From positions 1,216,001 to 1,280,000 of the forward strand of contig OY829846.1 in assembly GCA_963691875.1 (NCBI GenBank): DNA of 64,000 nucleotides, given 5' to 3'. Source of the stretch: Aureliella sp. Lineage in GTDB: Bacteria > Planctomycetota > Planctomycetia > Pirellulales > Pirellulaceae. The notes under the pieces are model-generated. The model was not told where the DNA came from. It saw nothing but the letters and a program-made list of their open reading frames with translations, and ran no database searches. Shown here one piece after another: positions 50,474-60,956 of this stretch. A program made the translations under genes and the position numbers. Position 1 is the stretch's first letter. Every line of letters begins with the position of its first letter.

Positions 50474-50977
50474 CTACTTTTTGACTGACTTAAACTCTTC
50501 CCACTTGATTCCCACCGGATGCTTATCGGGGTCCAAGCGGGTCGAATGCAGTAATTGGACCTTCCATTCTCCGTCTTCCTTCACCATCACGGCACTTTCC
50601 AGCCACACCACAGTGCGAAGTCCGCCCGCTCTACGAATCTCTGCCTTATTCCAGTAACTCACCCAAGCCACATCGCCATTCTCGCGTACGCGAATTTGCC
50701 TGAAGAAATTCCGTCGCTCATACGGCTTCCCCTTGGGCTGCACTGCCTCTATCAGGCGGTTCATGGACCAATCTTCACCGTGTTCGAGCAACTGAAAATC
50801 CTCTGTCGAAGTCGCTCGCATCGCTTTGCCATCGTGTCTTGCCATCGCAGCGAAGAGTTCTTTCACTGGTTGGAACGAGGGATGATCTTCGGCACACACT
50901 ATTCCCCCGGCAAATAGTGCAACGCCAAAAATAACGCAAGGAAATGGAAGCTTGCTAGCCAAACGGATGCTCTTCAT
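50474..50977 (-). CDS. NTF2-like (DUF4440/SnoaL) exported protein
   Basis: Signal peptide; GDVAWVSY...ESAVMVKEDGEWKVQLLHST. Confidence 0.8.
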   Translation of the reverse strand: MKSIRLASKLPFPCVIFGVALFAGGIVCAEDHPSFQPVKELFAAMARHDGKAMRATSTEDFQLLEHGEDWSMNRLIEAVQPKGKPYERRNFFRQIRVRENGDVAWVSYWNKAEIRRAGGLRTVVWLESAVMVKEDGEWKVQLLHSTRLDPDKHPVGIKWEEFKSVKK

Positions 50978-51204
50978 AGGTCTTTCTCACGTGCTTGTGG
51001 ATTCAGCAGAAGCCAGTCTAGTCTCTTCCTCGCAAATGGTTTGCTCGTATCGATGGAAGCGACTGTTAGAAAGGTGTCCTGCTCTCTTATTGTTCGTTTA
51101 CTACGGCTGAATCGGGAAATGGACTGAGGTACAATTGTGAGTCGAGTTTATATCTCAGTTTGATCGTATCCCAAACCGCCATCTTTCTCCCCCTAGTTCT
51201 TGCC

Positions 51205-52569
51205 ATGCGAATCGATTCCGTTTCTCTAGACGTTCTCGTGACCCTCTGCTCGTTGATTTTTGCATGGGGGGCAAACGCGCAAGATTCTCCTTACGACATA
51301 TTTCCTCCCGCAGATCCTCCTTACTATCGTGTTCGGTATGAGGCATCAAAGGAAGAAGGCAAGTTGATCTTTCCGGTTAAGTACACCGTCTGGATTCCCG
51401 ACGGCGTCAGGACGCTGCGTGGGATCGTCGTGCATCAACACGGCTGTGGTGAAGGCTCTTGCAAGTCGGGACTCACAGGTGCATACGATTTACACTGGCA
51501 AGCATTGGCCAGAAAACATGACTGCGCTCTGCTGTCTCCATCCTACGAGCAACCTCAGAAGGCCGATTGTCAGATGTGGTGCGACCCTCGCAATGGATCC
51601 GCTGAAATTTTTGACCGCGCTTTGCGCGAGCTCGGCAAGCTATCGGGTCATCCCGAACTTGCCACTGCACCGCTAGCTCTTTGGGGACACAGTGGTGGCG
51701 GGCACTGGTGCGGTGGAATCGTTATGACGCAGCCTGAACGCGTCGCCGCAGCTTGGCTCCGCTCTGGCGTGCCGCTTTTCGAAGCCAATCCCGAGCGTCC
51801 TGCGATCAAACCTCATTTACTCCTAGACGCTGCACTCAACGTTCCGATGATGTGCAACTTGGGCACCAAAGAAGGAGTCACTTTAAAGGACGGTCGATTT
51901 GCCAAAGTATGGCCAGCAAACGTAGCATTCTTCGAAAAAGTGCGAGGGAGTGGCGGCCTGCTCGGCGTTGCGATTGATCCGCTGACCGCGCACGAATGCG
52001 GCAATTCAAGGTATCTCGCGATTCCTTGGCTGGACCGATGCCTGAGTCTGCGGCTTCCCAAAGAGTTTGGAAAACCTTTGCGACAGATCAAAGTCGATGA
52101 AGTATGGCTCGCCGAGCCGACTAGCCTCACCGCGCTACCCTCCAAAAAATACAAAGGCGATCCGCTCAAGGCTGGTTGGCTTCCCGGCAAAGAAATCGCT
52201 GCCGCCTGGATGCAGTTTCGAACGGATACGAATGTATTTGACTCAACACCGCCCCCTGCACCAACTAGCTTGAAAATTCAAGGGAATCGCTTGATCTGGA
52301 CTGCCATAGCTGATCTCGAAAGTGGGATCGAAAAGTTTAGGATCTTGCGAGATGGCAAGCCCCTAGCCGACGTCACCGGCGCCGGTAAAAACCGTTACGG
52401 GAGGCAGTTATTTCAGAACTTGCAGTACAGCGACACTCCAAGCCAACCGCTCGCTAAGATGGAGTTTGTAGATATGACGGCGAGACTTGGCGTCGAAAGT
52501 AGCTACTCCGTTGTCACTGTGAACACTGCAGGCCTAGAATCCAAGCCAACTCTAGCAATACGGTTATAG
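51205..52569 (+). CDS. Secreted alpha/beta hydrolase with C-terminal FN3-like domain
   Basis: HQHGCG, WGHSGGG nucleophile, [12 protein letters not shown]...[11 protein letters not shown]. Confidence 0.8.
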   Translation: MRIDSVSLDVLVTLCSLIFAWGANAQDSPYDIFPPADPPYYRVRYEASKEEGKLIFPVKYTVWIPDGVRTLRGIVVHQHGCGEGSCKSGLTGAYDLHWQALARKHDCALLSPSYEQPQKADCQMWCDPRNGSAEIFDRALRELGKLSGHPELATAPLALWGHSGGGHWCGGIVMTQPERVAAAWLRSGVPLFEANPERPAIKPHLLLDAALNVPMMCNLGTKEGVTLKDGRFAKVWPANVAFFEKVRGSGGLLGVAIDPLTAHECGNSRYLAIPWLDRCLSLRLPKEFGKPLRQIKVDEVWLAEPTSLTALPSKKYKGDPLKAGWLPGKEIAAAWMQFRTDTNVFDSTPPPAPTSLKIQGNRLIWTAIADLESGIEKFRILRDGKPLADVTGAGKNRYGRQLFQNLQYSDTPSQPLAKMEFVDMTARLGVESSYSVVTVNTAGLESKPTLAIRL

Positions 52570-53351
52570 TAGACAATTCACCAGATGGAATTGAAGGGTT
52601 TAATCGACCACTTGCAACGCAATGTCTAAATTCACAACCTTAAAAGCTGATCGGTTACAAGCTGCAAAAAGACTTCTCACAGTCAGAGAAACCCTTGGCG
52701 GGCTCGGCTTGCTGGGCCAATGGAGCTGGAGTCTTCGTGCTACCTTCGCTGCGAAAATGAGTTGCTTGTTTGATCCTTGTAAAGTCGACGACTGGTACCA
52801 CACCGACGAAGTTGTCTTCAGCAAGCACAGCAAGCAAATCCAGTTTTATGACGATGCGCGTATCAGAGAGTGCTTTCTAACTTGGGACGATTGCATCGCA
52901 GGAGGCCAATGAATTCCAATATGTCACCGACACGCCCATTTTAAAAGTTTCGGTGCTGCAACATGATGACGTTTACCTAGCGACGGGGTTGAAGGCCGTA
53001 GTTCTAGCCAAATCCGAACGCCTCAATCTACCGCCACTGAGCTTCATCGAATTGTTGAAACCAGAGATGATGCTCGCAAAGTTCACCGTTCGGCAAGATG
53101 CTGCGAGCTGGCTGGTTGTCGAACGGACCGATGGACGAGTCCGCTATGAAATCTATCTGCTTGACGACCAACACGAAGGCGGGTGTGAGTTTGCGACAAC
53201 CGATGAAGCGGACGTGGGAGCGCACAGTATTCTATCTAGAAGGGTTGTTATGCTGAGATGCTCGATATCATTAATGCAGCAGCCAACTGCCGAGGGCAAA
53301 GCTGCAAAGTGAACTCCTGAGCCTTCTTCGTCCCAACTTCGCAGAATGTAG

Positions 53352-53966
53352 ATGTCATCGAACGACAATGTGACTCGCTGGATCAAATTGGTTAAGGCCG
53401 GCGACTCCTCTGCCGCCAACCAACTATGGCAACACTATTCGGATCGACTAGTGCATGCTGTGCGAGCCAAACTTTACGGCCGAGAACGCGCCGTTTCTGA
53501 TGAAGAAGATATCGTCCTAAGCGTTTTCGACAGTTTTTATGATGCCGCGCGGCTGGGCCGGTTTCCAGATCTCTCAGACCGCGACGAGTTGTGGCGTCTG
53601 CTAATGCGAATGTCTGCGAGAAAAGTCGTTGACAAGAGGAGAAGTGAAGGAAGAAAAAGACGCGGCGGTGGATTTCAAGCATTCTCGCTGGGTGCTGATG
53701 GTGAAGGAGAGCCGTTCGAACTGATCGCTGATGAGCCATCACCAGAGATGGTGTTCATGATGCAGGAATCCGTCGAGCAACTTTTTTCTCATTTGGGTGT
53801 CGGGCAGCTCCGAGATTTGGCGGTTGCCAAATTAGAAGGCTATTCCAACGCGGAATTGGCTCAGCGCTTCGCCTGCTCAGAACGGACGATTGAGCGTCGA
53901 TTGCACCTGATTCGAGAAAAACTGAAGCAAGAATTGTTTGAGCAAAATGAGCAGGCCCAAGACTAA
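53352..53966 (+). CDS. ECF-type RNA polymerase sigma factor (planctomycete type)
   Basis: VTRWI...GDSSAANQLW...DEEDIVLSVF...LEGYSNAELA..FACSERTIERRL. Confidence 0.9.
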   Translation: MSSNDNVTRWIKLVKAGDSSAANQLWQHYSDRLVHAVRAKLYGRERAVSDEEDIVLSVFDSFYDAARLGRFPDLSDRDELWRLLMRMSARKVVDKRRSEGRKRRGGGFQAFSLGADGEGEPFELIADEPSPEMVFMMQESVEQLFSHLGVGQLRDLAVAKLEGYSNAELAQRFACSERTIERRLHLIREKLKQELFEQNEQAQD

Positions 53967-55713
53967 ACTTCCGATCGCGGCACTGGAGCAAATCGACGAC
54001 TTGTGCGCCGAGTTTGAACGGCATTGGCAAAAAAACGAGCGTCCGGACATTGACGCCTTCCTCAAGGACGACCTTCCGCGCGATCAGCGAGAAGTTCTAC
54101 TCATCGAGCTCATTGCACTGGATCTTGATTATCGGCGAAGGCTGGGCGAATCACCTGACCGTGAAGATTACGCAGTGCGATACCCGGACAATGTGGAAGC
54201 ACTAGCTGAGGCATTTGCAGAAAAGGCACCAAAAGCCGGATTCGCAGCGCCATCAGTGGAACAACTCAATCTGCTGTTTTCCGATTTTAAGGTCACCGAC
54301 CTCATCGGTGCAGGAGGAATGGGAGCGGTATACAAAGCCAAACAACCAGGCCTGGACCGCACCGTAGCCGTCAAAATCCTTCCCCAAGAACTCGGGCAAG
54401 ACGTAAAATTTGCGCTGCGTTTCACGCGAGAAGCTCGCACCTTGGCCAAGTTGCAGCATGCCAATATCGTTTCGGTCTACGAATTCGGAAACGTTGAGGA
54501 CACTTACTACTTTCTAATAGAGTATGTGGAAGGCAGCACCCTCCGCGAATTAGTACAGCAGCGAAAGCTCGATCCAGAACATGCTCTAGCCATTGTTCCG
54601 CAACTCTGCGACGCACTGCAATACGCACATGACAAAGATGTGGTACACCGCGACATCAAACCTGAAAATATTCTGATGTCAGTAGATGGCTCCGTAAAGA
54701 TCGCGGACTTCGGACTCTCGCGGTTGGTCGGAGACCAGCATCCCCAGCAGACAATCACTGCGACGCATCAAGTCGTCGGGACGCCCCGTTACATGGCTCC
54801 GGAGCAACTCGAAGGCGCGAAGCAAATTGACCATCGCGCCGACATCTATTCGCTCGGAGTCGTGATCTACGAAATGTTAACCGGCGAATTGCCTATCGGC
54901 AGGTTCGCCGCTCCGTCCAAGAAAGCGGAGATTGACGTCCGACTGGATGAAGTCGTGCTTCGCTCCTTGGAGAAAGAACCGCAACGCCGATATCAAGCCG
55001 CAAGTCACCTAAAGTCAGATGTGCAAGTGATCGCTGCAACCGATCAACCAGATCTGGCAGTCACTGAAATTGGAAGTCCGAACAGGAATTCGGCTGGCGG
55101 CGAGAACCTCGGAGACTTGCAGCAACAGGAACTCGCTGGTCGCATCCTTCTCACCCGCCGAACCCTGATAGAACGCGTTGAGCGGTCGCTGCGGCCTCTG
55201 TTTCGTGGTCAGCTACTTCAAATTGTCGCCGGAATTGTTCTAATCGCAGTGGGAGCCCAGTGCTGGGCACCGAACACTCAAGTGCCACATCTGCTCGCTT
55301 GTGGCGTGATTGTGCACCTCTATGGCCTGTTCATGATCATCGCCGGGGCGGTCGTTGCGGTCAGAATCAAACGCATCGATTACTCCTTGGAGCTTATCGC
55401 AATTCGGGAGAAGATCGAAGGGGTTAGAACGCTGCGACTTTGGCTCGGCCCCTTTCTCGGATTTGCTTGGTGGCTTATCTGGCTGCCGCTCTTTGCCGCT
55501 GCGGGTTTTGACGAAGTAGTGACCTACCGCAACAGCCTAGTTCCTTCACTGATCGTTGGAGTCGTTGGAATCGTGGTTTCAAGTATTTTGTATTGGCGAG
55601 CACTCAGTGGGACGACTGAATCTGTACAGAAATGGCGACTGAAACTTGCCAGCAAGAGTGTCCAGACTGCCCTCAAGGAGCTAGATGCGATTGAAGCCGC
55701 CAAGATTGCCTGA
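53947..55713 (+). CDS. Membrane-anchored Ser/Thr protein kinase
   Basis: GAGGMGAVY, VAVK, HRDIKPEN, DFG, GTPRYMAPE, DIYSLG; four C-terminal TM helices; overlaps the sigma gene by 20 bp. Confidence 0.93.
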   Translation: MSRPKTKLPIAALEQIDDLCAEFERHWQKNERPDIDAFLKDDLPRDQREVLLIELIALDLDYRRRLGESPDREDYAVRYPDNVEALAEAFAEKAPKAGFAAPSVEQLNLLFSDFKVTDLIGAGGMGAVYKAKQPGLDRTVAVKILPQELGQDVKFALRFTREARTLAKLQHANIVSVYEFGNVEDTYYFLIEYVEGSTLRELVQQRKLDPEHALAIVPQLCDALQYAHDKDVVHRDIKPENILMSVDGSVKIADFGLSRLVGDQHPQQTITATHQVVGTPRYMAPEQLEGAKQIDHRADIYSLGVVIYEMLTGELPIGRFAAPSKKAEIDVRLDEVVLRSLEKEPQRRYQAASHLKSDVQVIAATDQPDLAVTEIGSPNRNSAGGENLGDLQQQELAGRILLTRRTLIERVERSLRPLFRGQLLQIVAGIVLIAVGAQCWAPNTQVPHLLACGVIVHLYGLFMIIAGAVVAVRIKRIDYSLELIAIREKIEGVRTLRLWLGPFLGFAWWLIWLPLFAAAGFDEVVTYRNSLVPSLIVGVVGIVVSSILYWRALSGTTESVQKWRLKLASKSVQTALKELDAIEAAKIA

Positions 55714-55820
55714 GGCACTCGCAGTCGCAGTTTCTTGATGTCGTGGATTACATTCGATGTTGCTCCCGCGAGAATCAATGACAGCCTCTGCTATTCGATT
55801 AAGACCACTACGCACCAAAC

Positions 55821-56216
55821 GTGGACAGCATCATCGGTACTTACGCACTAACCCGTTTCGCCATCGCGTTGATCTGGATCTATCACGGTCTAGTTCCCAA
55901 GATCCTTTTCAAGCATGCCAGTGAGGTGGAGTTAGTTGCCAAGGGCCCTATTATCGTCGACGCTGAAACAACGATTGTGATCGCGGGAGTGGTTGAGGTC
56001 TTGATCGGACTTCTTGTCTTAGTTTTCTGGAAACAACCATGGCCGATTGTGATCTCACTTGCGGGCTTCTCGGGACTGCTTCTGGGCGCGATCACATTGT
56101 CACCCGAACTTGCGATCCAAGCATTTAATCCTGTTACGCTAACAGTGTCGGCGATCGCGTTTTGCTTGATACAGCTTCAAGAAATAAAGAGATGCGCCCA
56201 ACCCGACGACGAATGA
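55821..56216 (+). CDS. DoxX-like family membrane protein
   Basis: WIYHGLVPK...GVVE...FNPVTL. Confidence 0.8.
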   Translation: MDSIIGTYALTRFAIALIWIYHGLVPKILFKHASEVELVAKGPIIVDAETTIVIAGVVEVLIGLLVLVFWKQPWPIVISLAGFSGLLLGAITLSPELAIQAFNPVTLTVSAIAFCLIQLQEIKRCAQPDDE

Positions 56217-56286
56217 TGGCGTCAGAACCATTGCCTATCGCTCGTTTGAGATTCGGTTCTTCACCAGCCTAAGGATTCCCAAGAAG

Positions 56287-56751
56287 ATGCGTCGAAGCCT
56301 TCAGTTCGGAGAACTAGAACAAGTGCTTGCTGAGGTAGATAGCCTCCTGGCTAAGGGCTACGAGAAGTCCGGCAACTGGTCGCTCGGACAAATCTGCTGG
56401 CATATGCGGTCGACGATGGAGTCTAACATGAATGGTTATCCGAATTGGATGGTTATTCTCGGGTTTCCCTTGCGACCGCTGCTCAGATTCTTCGGACTAC
56501 CGAGGCTCTTAGCCGGTAAATCGCCGAAGGGCATTCCTACTGCAGGCATGTTTGTGCCTGCAAACGACGTGGCCGATGCTCGTGAAGTTGCAGAATTCAG
56601 GAAATGCGTCAAAGCATTCATGAGCTGGCAACATTCACTGCATCCACATCCAGGCTTCGGAAAGATGTCTGCAGAACAGTTTGCAACATTTCACGCCGCG
56701 CATGCCGCCCATCACTTGAGCTTTCTTCATCCTAAAAGTGGGGAGAAATAA
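56287..56751 (+). CDS. DUF1569 (DinB-like) protein
   Basis: GNWSLGQICWH...HPGFG...H..HHLSFL. Confidence 0.85.
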   Translation: MRRSLQFGELEQVLAEVDSLLAKGYEKSGNWSLGQICWHMRSTMESNMNGYPNWMVILGFPLRPLLRFFGLPRLLAGKSPKGIPTAGMFVPANDVADAREVAEFRKCVKAFMSWQHSLHPHPGFGKMSAEQFATFHAAHAAHHLSFLHPKSGEK

Positions 56752-56891
56752 AGCTTGCTGTTCGCAATGGGGACCGGCAGTAACTGATACGCTCATTACT
56801 GTGCGAGATCTATTTTGGGACTTCTGCGGAATCCCGCTGCAGTAGAAGCTTTGTGCTGCGGTTGAGCTGGAAGGGACTTTGGCAAATCCCA

Positions 56892-57434
56892 CTACTCGCA
56901 AGGAGTCGTAAGTGCGTCGATCTCGGCGGCGAGCATTTCTTCTGGAATTTGCAGAGGGCTTCCGTCCGGGTTCACTCCAACGTCAAATAGACACAAGCCG
57001 CGTAAAACGCGGCAGAAGTCGCTGGGGATAAAGAACGGCTCACTTCCGTAGCTCTCGTCAAGAATGGCGAAAGTAAGTTCCATGCGCCCTTGTGGTTCGT
57101 CGTTGACTTCGATGCTGCCCTCGACAATCGCACCATCTGCTTGGCGATTGACCAAAACTGCTCGTAGTCGAATCGTATCGCCGGGGCGGGTAATGCAATC
57201 GAACTCCGCTTTACTGACTTTCGCTAACACAATTTTGTCGCGAAAGTCATTGGTCTGCGACAGAAGAATCCCGCCCGTCTGAGCCATCCCTTCGATGATC
57301 AAGGAATGGGGATAGTGGGCGTACCCTGGGAGGTAGTCGTCTAGAGACTCTTCGGCGAGCGTTACGTTCTTCAGGCTGATCGCTTCTTCGCCTGCAACGA
57401 ATTTCTCGAAGCGATCAAGCCAATACCAACGCAT
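56892..57434 (-). CDS. FabA/FabZ-like hotdog dehydratase (canonical His replaced)
   Basis: MRWYWLDRF, KNVTLAE, DYLPG..YP.SLIIEGMAQTGG, RPGD. Confidence 0.85.
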   Translation of the reverse strand: MRWYWLDRFEKFVAGEEAISLKNVTLAEESLDDYLPGYAHYPHSLIIEGMAQTGGILLSQTNDFRDKIVLAKVSKAEFDCITRPGDTIRLRAVLVNRQADGAIVEGSIEVNDEPQGRMELTFAILDESYGSEPFFIPSDFCRVLRGLCLFDVGVNPDGSPLQIPEEMLAAEIDALTTPCE

Positions 57435-57472
57435 CTTTGAATCCCTAGATTGCTCTCAGAGTTTGCTGAGAG

Positions 57473-57856
57473 CTAGCCAATTTTGCTTTCGACGTAGCTG
57501 CAAAGATCGTTCACGGTCAGCAGGTTGCCGAAGTCCTGGACGCGTGGATTGTCCTCGAACTTGCTTAGATTGGCCCAAGGTAGTCGCTCCTTGAGCTGGC
57601 TGATGCCATCTGCAGTAACCTTGCCATCTTGCACCAAGTCTGCATTGGTCAAAATGTCGTCAGGGAAGAGTTCTTCACGTGGAATGTTGATATCGAAAGC
57701 TTTTTCGAGCTTGAAAACGATATCCAAGAAGTCAATCGATTCGGCTCCCAAGTCGCCCACCATGGTTGCTTCACGGGTGACTTCGTCATCGTCTACCCCC
57801 AAGGCATCGACCAAAGCTTCTTGAACCTTCTCGAATACCTCTTCAGAGCTTGCCAT
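57473..57856 (-). CDS. acpP: Acyl carrier protein with ~45 aa insertion
   Basis: DLGAESIDFLDIVFKLEKAFDI; 127 aa. Confidence 0.9.
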   Translation of the reverse strand: MASSEEVFEKVQEALVDALGVDDDEVTREATMVGDLGAESIDFLDIVFKLEKAFDINIPREELFPDDILTNADLVQDGKVTADGISQLKERLPWANLSKFEDNPRVQDFGNLLTVNDLCSYVESKIG

Positions 57857-57969
57857 TTTTTTCTTTCCTGCAAAAGTTTAATCGTGGGGAAACCAGTCCC
57901 AAATTTGGTTATCACCAAGCCCTCCGTCGCCCAGTGAGGCGGTCTGGCAAGATTGGGATTATAGCTATC

Positions 57970-58443
57970 TTAAGAAGATGCAATAGGCGTTTGCTGCAAT
58001 TGCTCGCTCAATTGCTTCATATACAAGGCAGCATGCTTAGCCACAATCTCAGGTTGGCCGTCCTCCACAACTTCCAGTACGAGCCGCCCTGAAACGCAGG
58101 TGGAATCCGCCTTCTTACCTTCAGCTTTGAGCGTATATTTTCCAACATCTGATTTGAAAATCTTAGAATGAAGTTGCATGCTCTGACCAGGCTCAAGGAA
58201 GTCTGCGAATTTGACATTTTTGACTGACCGGAGCATGACCAATCCAACCTCATGATTTTCCGTCGCCCGAACCAATAGAGCCGAAGCCTGAAAGAGAGCT
58301 TCAAGCATGAGTACGCCTGGAAGTACTGCAAATCGCGGGAAATGATCCCGCAGGTAATCTTCCTTTCCGGTCACCTTCTTGATGGCTTTGATATGAGAAC
58401 CAGCCTCAATCTCGGTTATCTGGTCAATCTGGAGAAAACGCAT
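57970..58443 (-). CDS. fabZ: FabZ-like 3-hydroxyacyl-ACP dehydratase
   Basis: MRFLQID, DHFPRFAVLPGVLMLEALFQ, VKF..F.EPG. Start refined to ATG 58443. Confidence 0.88.
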   Translation of the reverse strand: MRFLQIDQITEIEAGSHIKAIKKVTGKEDYLRDHFPRFAVLPGVLMLEALFQASALLVRATENHEVGLVMLRSVKNVKFADFLEPGQSMQLHSKIFKSDVGKYTLKAEGKKADSTCVSGRLVLEVVEDGQPEIVAKHAALYMKQLSEQLQQTPIASS

Positions 58444-58835
58444 TCGGGAATTCGCCTTGGCTGGCAAGTGGTTCAAAGCCAATAAGATAGAGGAAGAGCC
58501 GGCCAGTTCTCAACCCTGGAATACGGCCTGAAGAATATAACGCCCCGCCTCAGGCTACCAAACTGAACAACAAACTAATTGTCGCCTCAGACAACCAATT
58601 CTCGGATGTTTTACCGTCAGATGGCGACGAAGCAGCACATCTTTGTAGCTCGCCCCCCTAAAGTCAGCTAGGATAATATAAGGCTAGGTTGTGATCCCTC
58701 CAAAGTTCTCGCCCGCGTCCCCCACAGCATTGGGGCCACGCCCGGTATTGGACTTCTGCATCTCCTACAATGCCCCCAACGGCGAGCACTCAAAGTTGAG
58801 CTTGCCTTCGCAGACTCCATCGACAGGACCGTCGG

Positions 58836-59921
58836 ATGAGACAAGCAAGTATTGTGATCTCCTTGGCTACCTTTCTTGCTCTGCAATTCCTTCAGGGCAG
58901 CACATCGGCTCAAGACTTCAATAAACAGGCCACTTGGGATTGGCCCGAAGTCGCAAGCTACGAAGAGCAATTTTTAAGCTACTTGGATCAACGCCAAGCC
59001 GACGAAGCAACTCGAAAAGCTGTAATTGACACGTGGGGTGCGAACAGCGCAGTGCAGCGCGGGCCCGACCTGGTCGAACGTATCTTGAATACAGCCGCGC
59101 AAGTTGATCAGCGTGTTGCAGATCTAGCTCTGGAGCTTTCCGACCCCAACGTAGTACCGACACGCCCGACAGAGATAGAATGGCTCTCAAGCGATGTGCC
59201 GGGCTGGTTGCAAGATACGCTTCGTTTGGCCTGTGGCCGCAACTTTGCTCAGCGCAAAATGTACGATGAGGCTCTTGAAACGCTTTCCGGCTTGGAGCTG
59301 GTGCAAGTATGCGATCCATCCAGCTTGATTTTCTACCGGGCTACCTGCGAGCATCATTTGATGAAGGCCGAGGATTGCATGAAAAACATCGGTATGCTGT
59401 TGGAACGGGAAAGCGAAATTGAAACACGTTTTGCCCAAGTGGCGAATTTGATGCAGGCTGATATCGCCGAACTCAAGGAAGACTCGTTGGACGAAGTGTC
59501 TCGGCTGATGCGAGATGTTGAGCGTAGATTGGATCTTGGACGGGCCGGGAAACGCGTTCGCGATGAAGAGCAAGAGATCGTTAACAAGCTGGAGAAGTTG
59601 ATCGAAAAGGCAGAGCAGCAGTTGCAACAGCAACAGCAGCAACAGCAGCAACAGCAGCAACAGCAGCAGCAGCAGCAACAGCAACAGCAGCAGCAGCAGC
59701 AGCAGCAAAGCCAACGGCAAGCGATGGACGAAAGTCAGGCTGGGCCCGAGCGTGGTCCAGGCGACGTCGATCAAAAAGGCGACAGTAAAGCCTCCAATTG
59801 GGGCAATCTACCTCCAGCAGAACGCCAAGAGTCTTTGCAACGCATGACGGAAAAACTTCCTAGTCACTATCGCAGCGTGATCGAAGGCTACTTCCGCCAA
59901 CTGGCCAAAGATCGCAACTAG
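58836..59921 (+). CDS. Secreted helical protein with polyglutamine linker
   Basis: Signal peptide; TPR-like/helical body; Q28; C-terminal WGNLPP...LPSHYRSVIEGYFRQLA. Confidence 0.85.
   Translation: MRQASIVISLATFLALQFLQGSTSAQDFNKQATWDWPEVASYEEQFLSYLDQRQADEATRKAVIDTWGANSAVQRGPDLVERILNTAAQVDQRVADLALELSDPNVVPTRPTEIEWLSSDVPGWLQDTLRLACGRNFAQRKMYDEALETLSGLELVQVCDPSSLIFYRATCEHHLMKAEDCMKNIGMLLERESEIETRFAQVANLMQADIAELKEDSLDEVSRLMRDVERRLDLGRAGKRVRDEEQEIVNKLEKLIEKAEQQLQQQQQQQQQQQQQQQQQQQQQQQQQQQQSQRQAMDESQAGPERGPGDVDQKGDSKASNWGNLPPAERQESLQRMTEKLPSHYRSVIEGYFRQLAKDRN
59625..59708 (+). repeat. (CAG/CAA)28 trinucleotide tract
   Basis: 84 bp of uninterrupted CAA/CAG codons. Confidence 0.95.
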
Positions 59922-60050
59922 CATCTCGGCTCAGCCTTCCTACTAACTGACGAGTATGCTCTGATGTTGGGCTGCAGTTCGTCTATTGCCCCACAATCTG
60001 AATCCGGCATTTAGCGTCACCACGCGACGTGAATGCTTCTTGAGAGAACC

Positions 60051-60956
60051 ATGCCGAAACAAGTTCACGGCTTAATCGCCGCCGCTCTGACGCCATTTGA
60101 CCAAGATGGAAATGTAGCAACTTCAACAATCTCACCTTTGGTGGAGCGTCTGCAGTCCCAAGGCATTTCTGGTCTGTATGTCTGTGGAAGCACCGGAGAA
60201 GGCATCTCCCTATCGACGTTAGAACGAAAGCAAGTCGCTGAAGCTTATCTGTCGGCTGCGAAGGACAAACAGTCTGTGTTCGTCCAGGTTGGCCACAACT
60301 CGCTCCGTGAAGCGCAGGATCTGTCTCGCCATGCAGCAGAACATGGAGCTGACGCGATTTCCGCAACGTGCCCTAGCTACTTCAAAGTCAGCACAGTTGA
60401 CGGTCTCGTTCGCTGCATGAGTGAGATCGCTTCCGTCACGCCCCAAACACCATTTTATTACTATCACATCCCTGCACTAACCGGCAACTCACTGGACATG
60501 CAAGAATTTCTGTCGGTCGCACAAGATGCAATTCCGAACTTGGCAGGTATCAAGTACACCACGCCGCAGCTTCATGTCTTTCAGCAATGCGCCGCCTTTG
60601 CACCTGATAAGTTCCAGGTGTTTTGGGGCGTCGACGAAATGCTCCTGCCAGCGCTCGCCTCAGGAGCGACGGCTGCAATTGGAAGCACCTATAATGTGCT
60701 CGCGCTAATATACGCAGAAATGATTGAGCGATTCGCAGCCAAGGATTTAGAGGCGGCTCGAAAGTTGCAGCTAAAAGCGATTCAGGCAATAAATATCTTG
60801 CTCAAGTATCCTTTTCAAGCGGCCTTGAAACATGTCGTTGCGGTGCAAACAGGTGGTGAGATCAACTTTGGTGGTGCACGCTTGCCGCTGGACTGCTTAA
60901 CCCCAGAACAGCGTGATTCGCTTGAAGACGAAATGAAAGCTCTTGGCATTTGCTAG
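60051..60956 (+). CDS. nanA: DapA family lyase, N-acetylneuraminate lyase-like
   Basis: AALTPF, GLYVCGSTGE, YYHIPALT, GIKYT (Schiff-base Lys), GVDE, AIGSTYN. Confidence 0.8.
   Translation: MPKQVHGLIAAALTPFDQDGNVATSTISPLVERLQSQGISGLYVCGSTGEGISLSTLERKQVAEAYLSAAKDKQSVFVQVGHNSLREAQDLSRHAAEHGADAISATCPSYFKVSTVDGLVRCMSEIASVTPQTPFYYYHIPALTGNSLDMQEFLSVAQDAIPNLAGIKYTTPQLHVFQQCAAFAPDKFQVFWGVDEMLLPALASGATAAIGSTYNVLALIYAEMIERFAAKDLEAARKLQLKAIQAINILLKYPFQAALKHVVAVQTGGEINFGGARLPLDCLTPEQRDSLEDEMKALGIC

Noticed and set aside
52622..53312. Two hypothetical ORFs before the ECF sigma gene
   Set aside because: Weak starts and no motifs; more likely eroded sequence, so not called.
59187..59774. Poly-Leu ORF on the minus strand
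   Set aside because: It is the antisense shadow of the polyQ tract.
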